A DNA stretch of 64,000 nucleotides, from assembly GCA_965205445.1 (NCBI GenBank), contig CBDBHC010000002.1, forward strand, positions 306,463-370,462. Reading direction: 5' to 3'. Shown here in pieces: positions 1 through 9,013 of this stretch. A program made the position numbers and the translations under genes. Every line of letters begins with the position of its first letter. Within the stretch, counting starts at the first letter, position 1. The notes under the pieces were generated by a model. That model was not told the origin of the DNA, searched no databases, and saw only the letters and a program-made list of their open reading frames with translations. Source of the stretch: Bryobacterales bacterium (GTDB lineage: Bacteria; Acidobacteriota; Terriglobia; Bryobacterales; UBA6623).

Positions 1-674
1 TCGCGAAGAAGTTCGTCAATCGCGGACTGCACTTGCTGGACTTGATCCAGGAGGGCAATATCGGCCTCGCCCGGGCCGTCGAGAAATTCGATTACCGACT
101 CGGGTTCAAGTTTTCCACCTATGCCACGTGGTGGATCCGGCAGGCGATCATGCGCTCGCTGGCAGACCAGTCAAGGACGGTTCGCATTCCCGTCCACATG
201 AACGAGCAGCTCAACAAGTTCAACCGGGCGTTGCGCGTACTTGAGAAGGAGCACGGCTACGCGCCCACCAATGAGCAGCTCGCGGAACATCTCGAGGTCG
301 ATACCGACAAGGTGGAGATGCTGCGGCTGATCTCACTGTCGCCGGTCTCGCTGGAAACCCGCGTCGGCCCGGACGGCGACTCCACTTTGGAGGAGATGGT
401 CGAGGACAAGAATGCCGTCTCGCCGGTCCAGGGCCTGGTCGATGTTGACCTGGAGAAGCGGACCGCCGAGATCCTTGCCGACCTGCCCGAGATGGAGCGC
501 GAGATCCTGCGTCTGCGGTTTGGCATTGGCTGCGATCGGATGCACACCCTCCAGGAGATCGGGAAGAGGTTCGACCTCACGCGGGAGCGCATCCGGCAGA
601 TCGAGCTCAAGGCGATCGAGACCTTGCGCGACCCGGAGCGAGCCGAGAAGCTTCGCTACCTGATGCCGAACTGA
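1..674 (+). CDS. rpoD: RNA polymerase sigma-70 family factor (group 1/2, RpoD-like), C-terminal part; 5' end lies outside the window
   Basis: The frame is open from the window edge ('[22 protein letters not shown]...'). Hallmark motifs are present: '[13 protein letters not shown]' (region 2.3/2.4), 'RIPVHM' (region 3) and the region 4.2 HTH '[24 protein letters not shown]'. Confidence 0.9.
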   Translation, partial: AKKFVNRGLHLLDLIQEGNIGLARAVEKFDYRLGFKFSTYATWWIRQAIMRSLADQSRTVRIPVHMNEQLNKFNRALRVLEKEHGYAPTNEQLAEHLEVDTDKVEMLRLISLSPVSLETRVGPDGDSTLEEMVEDKNAVSPVQGLVDVDLEKRTAEILADLPEMEREILRLRFGIGCDRMHTLQEIGKRFDLTRERIRQIELKAIETLRDPERAEKLRYLMPN

Positions 675-762
675 GGCATCCCGCGCTCCTGCCACCACAG
701 GCGGGGCCGCTGCCTTTGTGCTACAGTCAGGCACGCCCCCGGAGGAGGGGTGCCGGATAGTC

Positions 763-1554
763 ATGGCAGGGGTTCGTTCCGGGGCTCGCTTGGTCGGTCT
801 GGCGCTGCTCGTTACGGCGCCCGTCCTCGTGGCCCTGCAGTTCTGGGGATGGCGTGACGGCGATCCCCGCGCGTGGGACTTCGACCCTGACGCGAGGTCC
901 GAGTTCCAGTTCGTGCGGTACGCCTACGGCTCCGAGGACGGGTGGGGCCGGCGGCGCGGCGGCTGGCGCACGGACTGGCCGGATGCCGAGTACCACCTGA
1001 CAAACGGCATCAGCCGCCTGACCATGATTGACACCGCCTACGGCGGCAGGTTCTTCGATCCGATGGACGAGGAGCTCTTCGACTACCCCTGGGTCTACGC
1101 GGTCGAGGTGGGCCGCTGGCACTTGAACGACCACGAGGCGGCGCGCCTGCGAGAGTACCTCCTTCGCGGTGGATTTCTCGTCGTTGACGACTTCCACGGA
1201 GCCTACGAATGGGCCGGCTTCGCGGCCAGCATGCAGCGCGTCTTTCCCGAAAGGTCGATCGTCGAGATCCCGGAAACCGACCCGCTGCTTCACACGCTGT
1301 ACGACCTCGACCACCGGACGCAGGTGCCTGGCATCCAGTACGTGTGGTCCGGAACGACTTGGGAGAAGGACGGCTACACGCCCCACTGGAGAGGAATCTA
1401 CGATGACAGCGGACGCCTGATGGTCGCCATCAATTTCAATATGGACCTCGGCGACGCATGGGAGCACGCCGACACGCCGGAATATCCGGAAAACATGACC
1501 GCCCTGGCGTATCGATTTGCCGTGAATTACGTCATTTACGCTATGACCCACTAG
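763..1554 (+). CDS. DUF4159 domain protein (Bat/MoxR-operon associated), N-terminal membrane anchor
   Basis: ATG at 763 follows a GGAGGAGGGG stretch, and a hydrophobic anchor 'LVGLALLVTAPVLVAL' is present. 'FQFVRYAYG...WRTDWPDAE', 'YPWVYAVEVGRWHLNDHEAARLREYLLRGGFLVVDDFHG' and 'VFPERSIVEIPETDPLL' match my recollection of the DUF4159 pattern. Genomic context is MoxR/DUF58/BatA genes. Confidence 0.75.
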   Translation: MAGVRSGARLVGLALLVTAPVLVALQFWGWRDGDPRAWDFDPDARSEFQFVRYAYGSEDGWGRRRGGWRTDWPDAEYHLTNGISRLTMIDTAYGGRFFDPMDEELFDYPWVYAVEVGRWHLNDHEAARLREYLLRGGFLVVDDFHGAYEWAGFAASMQRVFPERSIVEIPETDPLLHTLYDLDHRTQVPGIQYVWSGTTWEKDGYTPHWRGIYDDSGRLMVAINFNMDLGDAWEHADTPEYPENMTALAYRFAVNYVIYAMTH

Positions 1555-1565
1555 AGTGGCAGAAG

Positions 1566-3818
1566 GTGTTCGAGTTCTTCTTCAAGTACCCTCTGGCGGC
1601 GTACCGCAAGGGCGAGTTCCTCTTCGCCAGCGGCTGGCCCGGCTGGCTTCTGCCCGTCCTCGCCCTGCTGGCCGCTGCAGGCCTGCTGTGGCATGCGCGC
1701 CGCGTGCGGAGCCGTCTTTCCGGCCCGGCGCTGTGGGCCGTCTGGGCCTTGCAGAGCGTGTCCGCAGCGCTCGTCCTGGCGCTGGTCTGGCAGCCGGCGC
1801 TGGCGATCCAGTCGCTCAAGAACAGGCAGAACGCGGTCGCTGTGCTGCTGGACACCTCCCGCAGCATGTCGTTCGGCCAGGACGGCGTGTCTCGGCTCGC
1901 CGTGGCGACCAAGGCCCTGTCCGAGCAGGTGATGCCGGGCCTGGACGGAAAGTTCCGGGTGCGGCTGTTCGGATTCTCCGACAAGCCCGCACGGCTTCCT
2001 TCCCTGCAGTCCGAGGACTTGCCAGTTCCGGGAGCCAGCAGCGGCATCGGCGAGTCCGTGCTGGGCGTCCTGCGCGAGTCGACGGCCCTGCCACTCGGGG
2101 CGGTCCTGGTCGTCAGCGACGGCGTGGACAACACCGAGCGGTTCGGCAGGGACATGATGGCCGAGATCCGCAAGTACAACGTTCCCGTTCACACGATCGG
2201 GGTCGGACGCGAACGCATCGAGGACGACATCGAGCTGGCCGAAGTGTCGGTTGCCGCCCGATCACTGCCGCGATCGAGGGTCAGCGCGCAGATCACGCTC
2301 CGGCACGACGGAGAGGAGGAGCGGCAGACCAGGATCACGGTACGGGACGGCTCCAGTATCCTTGCCAGCAAGTCCGTCACGTTGCGTGCCGGCGAGCCCG
2401 TGCAGCGCGAATGGATCGATTTCGGTGCCGGTGACGCCGGGGTGCGGAACCTTGCGTTCGCCGCCGAACCGCTAGCTGGCGAAGAGATTCACGGCAACAA
2501 CTCCCGTCGCAGCATCCTCGACGTGCCGCGCCGCCGCCGCCGGATCCTCTACGCCGAGGGGGAGCCGCGCTGGCAGTACAAGTTCATGCGCAGGGCCGTG
2601 CACAAGGACGCCAGCGTGCAGCTGGTCACGATGCTCCGGACCTCGACGAACAAGTTCTATCGCCAGGGCGTGGACACTCCGGAAGAGCTGGAAGACGGGT
2701 TTCCCGCCGAGGAAGAAGATCTGTTCGAGTATGACGCGCTGATCATCGGAAGCTTCGAGGCCGCGTACTTCACGCCCAAGCAGCAGGTCGCGATCCGGGA
2801 GTTCGTGAGCCGCAGGGGCGGGACGCTGATGATGCTCGCCGGCCGCAACGGCCTCGGCGCCGGCGGCTGGCAGCATTCCGAAATCGTGGATGTCCTTCCT
2901 GCCGCGCTCGAGCCCGGCGCGGCATCGTTCCTCAGGGAACGGGTGAGTGTCGAGCTCGCCCCGCAGGGACGCGATTCCCTGGTTTGTCGCCTGGCCTCAG
3001 ATCCGGCCAGGAACGCAGAGCTGTGGGAGGAGATGCCGCAGCTGGCGGACTTCCAGCTCCTGGGAAACCTCAAGCCCGCGGCCTTGACCTTGCTGAGCGT
3101 GCGGCGAGGCCGGGACGCGCTGCCCTTGCTGGTGCGCCAGAATTACGGGCGGGGCCGCGCCGCGATCTTCGCCACGGGCGGAAGCTGGCGCTGGCGCATG
3201 GGGCTGCCGAGCGACGACGAGCGGCACGACACCTTCTGGAGACAGCTGCTGCGAAGCTTGGTTGCCAACACCGAGGGGACGGTTCGACTGGCAAGCGGCC
3301 GGTCGAACTACGCGGACGAGTCGCGCATCCTGCTGCGCGCCGAGGTGCGCGCCATGGACTACACGCATGCCAACAACGCACAGGTCACGGCCGTTGTGAC
3401 GCCCGAGGACGGGCCCGCCATCTCGCTCGATCTTCTGCCGTCCGCCACGGATTCCGGCATCTACGAAGGGGAGGTCGATGCCCCGCTGCCCGGCGTCTAT
3501 CGGATCGAGACAGTCGCGCGCCTGGGCGACGAGCGTCTCGGCGCGGACTCCATGCATGTGCGCAGGGAGGACGGAGTCGCCGAGTACTTCCACCCGGAGC
3601 GGAACGCCAGCCTGCTGTCGCGTCTGGCAAGCCAGACCGGGGGCCGGTACTGGGAGCTGGACGAGCTGGACGGCCTGCCTGGCGAGATCCGATTCTCTGA
3701 AGCGGGCATCACGGCACGCGAGATCCTCGACTTGTGGGACATGCCCGCGCTATTCCTCTTCCTGCTCCTGCTGCGGGGGTCGGAATGGATGGTGCGGAAG
3801 CGCGGGGGGATCGTGTGA
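1566..3818 (+). CDS. Membrane protein with a BatA-like double-TM N-terminus, a VWA-like domain and a class-I glutamine-amidotransferase-like (DUF1355-type) C-terminal region
   Basis: The N-terminus 'FEFFFKYPLAAY..' is followed by two hydrophobic helices. A MIDAS-like 'VAVLLDTSRSMSF' is present, and 'RRILYAEGEPRWQYKFMRRA' plus 'YDALIIGSFEA' are typical of this family. The start is uncertain: GTG at 1566 was chosen just after the upstream stop at 1552-1554, while the ORF is open from 1458. Confidence 0.72.
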   Translation: MFEFFFKYPLAAYRKGEFLFASGWPGWLLPVLALLAAAGLLWHARRVRSRLSGPALWAVWALQSVSAALVLALVWQPALAIQSLKNRQNAVAVLLDTSRSMSFGQDGVSRLAVATKALSEQVMPGLDGKFRVRLFGFSDKPARLPSLQSEDLPVPGASSGIGESVLGVLRESTALPLGAVLVVSDGVDNTERFGRDMMAEIRKYNVPVHTIGVGRERIEDDIELAEVSVAARSLPRSRVSAQITLRHDGEEERQTRITVRDGSSILASKSVTLRAGEPVQREWIDFGAGDAGVRNLAFAAEPLAGEEIHGNNSRRSILDVPRRRRRILYAEGEPRWQYKFMRRAVHKDASVQLVTMLRTSTNKFYRQGVDTPEELEDGFPAEEEDLFEYDALIIGSFEAAYFTPKQQVAIREFVSRRGGTLMMLAGRNGLGAGGWQHSEIVDVLPAALEPGAASFLRERVSVELAPQGRDSLVCRLASDPARNAELWEEMPQLADFQLLGNLKPAALTLLSVRRGRDALPLLVRQNYGRGRAAIFATGGSWRWRMGLPSDDERHDTFWRQLLRSLVANTEGTVRLASGRSNYADESRILLRAEVRAMDYTHANNAQVTAVVTPEDGPAISLDLLPSATDSGIYEGEVDAPLPGVYRIETVARLGDERLGADSMHVRREDGVAEYFHPERNASLLSRLASQTGGRYWELDELDGLPGEIRFSEAGITAREILDLWDMPALFLFLLLLRGSEWMVRKRGGIV

Positions 3819-4765
3819 ACGGGGTTTCCCGAAGAGTCCTGCCCGCATTCCTGCCGGGCGTCGCCCTCGCCGTCTGGACTGCTGCTGCGGCGGGTCCCGT
3901 GCCGGCAAAGACGCACTTCCTCGTCGTCGAGGGCCTCGGCGGCACGCAGAAATACGCCGAGCGGTTCCGCGACCAGGTCACCGAAATGCTGCCCGCTCTC
4001 CGCCGTTTGGCCGGCACCGACGACCTGGTCCGCGTGCTGGCGGGCACGGAAGCGACTGCGGATCGGATCGAGGCGGCGTTTGGGGAGTTCGCGCGGACGG
4101 TGGCTCCGGGCGACTCGTTGGCCGTGTTCCTTGTCGGTCACGGTTCGCACGACGGCAAGGTCTACAAGCTGAACATCCCCGGTCCGGACATTACTGACCG
4201 GCAGCTCAAGCTGTGGCTGGACTCGGTTCCGGCCGCGCGGCAGCTCGTCGTCAGCACCACGAGTTCCAGCGGCGGTGCTCTTGAAACGCTCAAGTCCGCC
4301 CGTCGCGTTGTCATCACCGCCACCAAGAGCGGGCGCGAGCGGACCGCTACGGTATTCGGGGACTATTGGGCGGACGCGTTTGAGGATCCCTCTGCGGACA
4401 CCGACAAGAACGAGAGCATTTCCGCCCTCGAGGCGTTCCGCTACGCCGAGAGCAAGGTTGCCGCCCATTTCGAGGACAACAAGCGCCTCGCCACCGAGCA
4501 TCCGCAGATTCAGGGCGACAGGCCGGACAGCTTCCTGCTTGCGCGCCTCGGCAGCGCCGCTCAGCTGGCCGAGGACCCCGCGAAGCGGTCCCTCCTGCTC
4601 CAGCGCGAGGAGCTCGAACGCAAGGTCGCCGATCTGACGGTCCGCAAGCAGGACATCCCCCAGGACGAGTACCTGGAAGCCCTGCAGTCGCTGCTCCTCG
4701 AGTTAGCCGAATTGCAGCAGCGGATCGACGGCGCGACGGACGCGCCCGAGGGAGGCGAGCCGTGA
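3815..4765 (+). CDS. Peptidase C13/caspase-fold-like protein with a C-terminal coiled coil; the catalytic Cys position is not conserved
   Basis: The GTG start overlaps the upstream stop by 4 nt (GTGA). A signal/anchor 'VLPAFLPGVALAVWTAAAAG' is present. 'DSLAVFLVGHGSHDG' resembles the His-Gly block of clan CD peptidases, but the expected 'xACxSG' block reads 'VVSTTSSSGG'. The C-terminal segment 'LLLQREELERKVADL...LQSLLLELAELQQRI' is heptad-like. Confidence 0.6.
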   Translation: MNGVSRRVLPAFLPGVALAVWTAAAAGPVPAKTHFLVVEGLGGTQKYAERFRDQVTEMLPALRRLAGTDDLVRVLAGTEATADRIEAAFGEFARTVAPGDSLAVFLVGHGSHDGKVYKLNIPGPDITDRQLKLWLDSVPAARQLVVSTTSSSGGALETLKSARRVVITATKSGRERTATVFGDYWADAFEDPSADTDKNESISALEAFRYAESKVAAHFEDNKRLATEHPQIQGDRPDSFLLARLGSAAQLAEDPAKRSLLLQREELERKVADLTVRKQDIPQDEYLEALQSLLLELAELQQRIDGATDAPEGGEP

Positions 4766-7020
4766 TCCGCCGCGGTCCGGCAACGCTCGCAGCGTTGATG
4801 CTGCTCGCCGTCGCTCCGGCCGCGTGGAGCCAGCGTGGCAACGAGCGCGGAGCCCGCCCGGCCGAGCTGGAGCCGTGCGACGGGCACTATGACCGCGGCC
4901 GGATTGCCGAGGCTTCCGAATGCTATCGGGGCGTCCTCCGGGCTGGGAGACCGTCGGCCCAGGCCGAGGCCTACTGGATGCTCGGAGATCTCAAGGCAGC
5001 CAACGAGAGGTTTCGGGAGGCCGTCCAGCTGGAACCCGAGAATCCCGATTTGCGAGTGCGATGGGGCCATCTCTACATCGATTCCCATCAGGACCAGGAG
5101 GCCGCAGCGCTGTTCCAGGAGGCATTGGAAATCGAGGACAGTCACATTCCCGCGACACTGGGCATGGCAAGGGTGCTGGCGACGCGCTTCGACGGCAAGG
5201 CGATCGAGGCCGCTCGGGAAGCGCTCGACGCCCGCCCTCGGCAGGCGGAGGGCCACTTGCTGCTGGCGCGGATGGCGTTGGAAGAGGGCGATCTCGAGGA
5301 GGCGCGCGGTGCGCTCGAGACCGCACTGCGCGAGGCTGTCGACCTGAAGATTGCCCCTCTGGAAGCCTATGCATTGCTGGCCTCCCTCGAGATGCTGGAA
5401 GGCAATCGCGATAACGAATGGGTTCGCAAGGCGCTTGAGTACAACCCGCGATATGGCGAGGTGTTCGCCGAGCAGGCGCATTTCTACGTCATTACGCGCC
5501 GGTACCGCGATGCGACCGAGCGCCTGCGCAAGGCGGTGCGTGTCAACCCGCGATTGTGGAGAGCGCACGCGGAACTCGGCGTCAACCTGATGCGAGAGGG
5601 CTTTGACGCGGAGGGCAGCCGCCACCTTGAGATCGCTTACGAAGGCGACCCTTACAGCGCCAAGACGGTCAACACCCTGCGGCTGCTCGACAAGTACGAC
5701 CGCTTCGAGTCGTTCTCGAGCACCCAGCGCGAAGGAGGGGACGAGCCGCGGGTGGTTGTCAGGCTCGACCGGGACGAGTCGGAGCTGTTGCGACCGTACG
5801 TCCTTGACCTTGCCGAGCGGGCGATCGAGGTGTTCTCGAAGAAATACGACTTCGAGCTGGAGAGGAGCGTCCGAGTCGAGCTGTACCCGAATCACGACGA
5901 CTTCGCCGTGCGCACGATGGCGATGCCGGGCATCGGATTGCTCGGCGTCACCTTCGGCTACGTGGTGGCAATGGACAGTCCCTCGGGGCGCCCGCCGGGC
6001 GAGTTCCACTGGGGGACAACCCTGTGGCACGAGCTGGCGCATGTCTTCACACTGGAATCCACCGAGCACCTGGTCCCGCGCTGGTACTCGGAAGGGATCT
6101 CCATGTACGAGGAATGGATGGCGGACCCCCGCTGGGGCGAGAGCGTGACCCCTGACTTCGTCTCCGCAGTGCGAAAGAAGGAGCTGCTGCCGGTCGGCGA
6201 GCTGGACCGTGGCTTCATCCGTCCGCGGTACCCCGGGCAGGTTGCCGTCTCCTACATGCAGGCCGGCTACGCCTGCCGCTTCATCGCCGAGGATTGGGGC
6301 GAGCGGAAGCTGGTCGAACTTCTGAAAGGGTTCGCGGCCAACGAGCCCACGGAATCCAATATCCGGGCGGTGCTGGGGATTGACACCGAGGAATTCGACC
6401 GGCGGTTCGACGCGTACTTGAGGGACTCCCTGGGCCCGGTGCTTGATGGCATGCCTCGCTGGCGCCGCAACCTGAAGCAGGCGCTGGAAGCTGCCAGGGA
6501 GGAAGACTGGGAGGCCGTGTTCGACCCGGCCCGCGCTGCCAAGGAAGCCTATCCCCAGCATGTCGGTGCCGGCTGCTCCTACGTGCTTCTCGCGACGGCT
6601 TACGAGAAGTCGGGCGACATGGACTCGGCGATCGGCGAGCTCCAGACCTACGAGCGGTTGGGCGGGCGCCGGCCCGACACGCTCAAGAAGCTGGCTCGCT
6701 GGCTCGAGGACGAGGATCGCCGCGCGGAAGCGGCATACACCTACGAGGGACTCATCTACAACTGGCCGCAGGACGAGGAAATCCACGCGCGGCTTGGCGA
6801 ACTCTACCTCGACGAGGGCAGGGCGGAGCCGGCGATGCGCGAATTCAAGGCCGTCCTGGCCCTGGACCCCCTGGACCGGGCGGCCGCCGAGTATAACGTC
6901 GCGCGAGCCTACGTTAAGATAGGCGATCTTGCCAAGGCGCGTTTACATGTCCTGCAGGCTCTCGAGCGCGCTCCTACATTCCGCCCGGCCCTGCAGCTGC
7001 TGATGCGGGTCAAGCGATAG
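4762..7020 (+). CDS. Secreted TPR-repeat protein with a central gluzincin-like (HEXXH...E) metallopeptidase domain
   Basis: The GTG start overlaps the upstream stop by 4 nt. The signal peptide is 'LAALMLLAVAPAAWSQ'. TPR-like repeats lie at both ends ('AEAYWMLGDLKAANERFREAVQLEPENP', 'AEYNVARAYVKIGDLAKARLHVLQALERAP'). The central motif is 'WHELAHVFTLESTEHLVPRWYSEGISMYEE' (nt ~6028-6110). Confidence 0.7.
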   Translation: MIRRGPATLAALMLLAVAPAAWSQRGNERGARPAELEPCDGHYDRGRIAEASECYRGVLRAGRPSAQAEAYWMLGDLKAANERFREAVQLEPENPDLRVRWGHLYIDSHQDQEAAALFQEALEIEDSHIPATLGMARVLATRFDGKAIEAAREALDARPRQAEGHLLLARMALEEGDLEEARGALETALREAVDLKIAPLEAYALLASLEMLEGNRDNEWVRKALEYNPRYGEVFAEQAHFYVITRRYRDATERLRKAVRVNPRLWRAHAELGVNLMREGFDAEGSRHLEIAYEGDPYSAKTVNTLRLLDKYDRFESFSSTQREGGDEPRVVVRLDRDESELLRPYVLDLAERAIEVFSKKYDFELERSVRVELYPNHDDFAVRTMAMPGIGLLGVTFGYVVAMDSPSGRPPGEFHWGTTLWHELAHVFTLESTEHLVPRWYSEGISMYEEWMADPRWGESVTPDFVSAVRKKELLPVGELDRGFIRPRYPGQVAVSYMQAGYACRFIAEDWGERKLVELLKGFAANEPTESNIRAVLGIDTEEFDRRFDAYLRDSLGPVLDGMPRWRRNLKQALEAAREEDWEAVFDPARAAKEAYPQHVGAGCSYVLLATAYEKSGDMDSAIGELQTYERLGGRRPDTLKKLARWLEDEDRRAEAAYTYEGLIYNWPQDEEIHARLGELYLDEGRAEPAMREFKAVLALDPLDRAAAEYNVARAYVKIGDLAKARLHVLQALERAPTFRPALQLLMRVKR

Positions 7021-7028
7021 GAACACCG

Positions 7029-8060
7029 ATGGAAACCACCTTGCTCCCCGAACAGGATACTGCCTCGACCCAGGATCTCGTCGCCTCGTTCGGCGCTTCC
7101 ATGGACCGCATCCGGGAGCAGGTCGGACTGATCATCGTGGGCCAGGACGAGGTCATTGACAATCTGCTGATGACGCTCCTGGTCGGGGGGCACTGCCTGA
7201 TCACGGGCATGCCGGGAACCGCCAAGACCCTGCTGGTGAGCACCTTGGCGTCGGCGCTCGGGCTGAAGTTCAAGCGAATTCAGTTCACGCCCGACCTGAT
7301 GCCGACCGACATCACCGGCACCGACATTCTCGAGGACGACCAAACGACTGGCCGCCGCAGCTGGACCTTCGTTCAGGGACCGCTGTTCACGAACGTGCTC
7401 CTGGCTGACGAGGTCAATCGCACTCCGCCCAAGACCCAGGCCGCCCTGCTCGAGGCGATGCAGGAGCATTCCGTCACGGTTCGCGGCAACAGCTACAAGC
7501 TGACATTGCCGTTCTTCGTGCTGGCGACGCAGAATCCAATCGAGCTGGAGGGCACCTATCCGCTCCCCGAGGCCCAGCTCGACCGGTTCCTGTTCAATGT
7601 CGTGCTGGACTACCTGTCTCCGGAGCAGGAGGTGGAGGTCGTCGATCGCAACACGGCCGGCACGCCGCTGCCCACGGTCGAGCCGGTCACGACCGCGGAA
7701 GACATCCTTCGATTCCAGTGGCTGGTGCGCCAGGTCCCGGTTTCCGAGCCGGTGGCGGGCCACGCGGTTTCGCTCATTCGATCCACCCGTCCCACCGATT
7801 CCGAGGCCCCGGACATCGTTCGGAAGTACGTCAACTACGGCGCGAGCGTGAGGGCGACCCAGTTCCTCGTGCTGGCCTCGAAAGCCAGGGCCCTGCTGGC
7901 CGGACGCTACCATGTCACCTCGGACGACCTTCGGGCTCTCGCTCTGCCGATCCTGCGTCACCGCGTCCTGACGAACTTTTACGCCGAATCCGACCGGGTG
8001 ACGGTAGACGACGTTCTCCGGGGGATGCTCGAGGCCAAGCCGGCGCCCGCGGAAGGATAG
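7029..8060 (+). CDS. MoxR-family AAA+ ATPase
   Basis: 'IVGQDEVIDNLLMTLLVGGHCLITGMPGTAKT' gives the Walker A, 'VLLADEVNRTPPKTQAALLEAMQE' gives the Walker B/sensor region, and 'ATQNPIELEGTYPLPEAQLDRF' completes the canonical MoxR signature. Confidence 0.93.
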   Translation: METTLLPEQDTASTQDLVASFGASMDRIREQVGLIIVGQDEVIDNLLMTLLVGGHCLITGMPGTAKTLLVSTLASALGLKFKRIQFTPDLMPTDITGTDILEDDQTTGRRSWTFVQGPLFTNVLLADEVNRTPPKTQAALLEAMQEHSVTVRGNSYKLTLPFFVLATQNPIELEGTYPLPEAQLDRFLFNVVLDYLSPEQEVEVVDRNTAGTPLPTVEPVTTAEDILRFQWLVRQVPVSEPVAGHAVSLIRSTRPTDSEAPDIVRKYVNYGASVRATQFLVLASKARALLAGRYHVTSDDLRALALPILRHRVLTNFYAESDRVTVDDVLRGMLEAKPAPAEG

Positions 8061-8118
8061 GGAGCCGTGCCGCAACGGTGGTCCAGGAGGGGGAGACCCG
8101 GGCGAGGCGGTTGATCCG

Positions 8119-9009
8119 ATGGCAACCCAGCAGCTCCTCGATCCAGCGGTGCTACAGCGCCTCGCAAACATCGAGGTTGTCGCGAAAACGGTCGTGGACG
8201 GCTTCCTGCACGGGTCGCATCGCTCGCCCCTCTTCGGGTTCAGCCAGGAGTTCGCCGAGTACCGCGCGTACACGGAGGGCGACGACCCGCGCTACATCGA
8301 CTGGAACGTGCTGTCGCGCACGGACCGGGTGTACATCAAGAGGTTTCTCGGCGAGACGAACACGCACCTGATGATCCTCGTCGATTGCAGCGCTTCGATG
8401 GGCTACGGATCCGGCGACCTGACGAAACTCGAGTACGCTCGCTACCTGGCGGCCTCCCTTGCGTACCTGTCCACGCGCCAGCACGACGCGGTCGGCTTGG
8501 TGCTCTTTGACGAGAAGATTCGGGAAGTGCGTCCCGCGGTCTACCGCCCACGCCATCTGCAGGGCCTCCTGCACCTGCTGGAACGCGCCGAGGCGGCGAC
8601 CGGCACGGACCTCCACGTGCCCCTGCAATCCCTGGGCCGGCTCCTGCGTCGGCGAGGGCTCGTGGCGATGATCTCGGACTTCTTCGTCGACGCCGACGAG
8701 ATCGTCAGTTCGATGCGTGCCGTGGCGTACCAAGGGCAGGACCTCGTGTTCTTCCATGTCCTCGACCCGAAGGAGCTGAAGCCCGATCTCGACACCGCCG
8801 CCCTGATCGAGGACATGGAGACCGGGGAAGAGATGGAGGTCTCGTCCGAATTCTCCCGCAGGATTTACCCGAGCCTGATCGATGCCCATGTCGAGGAAAT
8901 GAGAAGGCGCGTGAACGGCGAAGGCGCCGACTACGTCCTGCTGAACACGGCGGAGCCGCTGGACCTGGCGCTTCGCGAGTATTTGCTGTTCCGCAAGAGG
9001 AGGCGCTGA
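8119..9009 (+). CDS. DUF58 domain protein (VWA-like partner of MoxR)
   Basis: 'EYRAYTEGDDPRYIDWNVLSRTDRVYIKRFLGETNTHLMILVDCSASMGYG' is the characteristic DUF58 core. The gene lies immediately downstream of MoxR. Confidence 0.87.
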   Translation: MATQQLLDPAVLQRLANIEVVAKTVVDGFLHGSHRSPLFGFSQEFAEYRAYTEGDDPRYIDWNVLSRTDRVYIKRFLGETNTHLMILVDCSASMGYGSGDLTKLEYARYLAASLAYLSTRQHDAVGLVLFDEKIREVRPAVYRPRHLQGLLHLLERAEAATGTDLHVPLQSLGRLLRRRGLVAMISDFFVDADEIVSSMRAVAYQGQDLVFFHVLDPKELKPDLDTAALIEDMETGEEMEVSSEFSRRIYPSLIDAHVEEMRRRVNGEGADYVLLNTAEPLDLALREYLLFRKRRR

Positions 9010-9013
9010 AACC

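Noticed and set aside
4561-6786. Very long ORFs antisense to, or out of frame with, well-supported genes. Examples: 4561..6786(-), 8152..9606(-), 11040..12404(-), 13632..15203(-), 37675..39210(+), 47745..49421(+), 56339..57142(-), 60520..61443(-).
   Set aside because: This is a typical high-G+C artefact. The translations are Arg/Pro/Gly/Ala-rich and lack motifs, and each fully overlaps a gene with strong family signatures on the other strand or frame.
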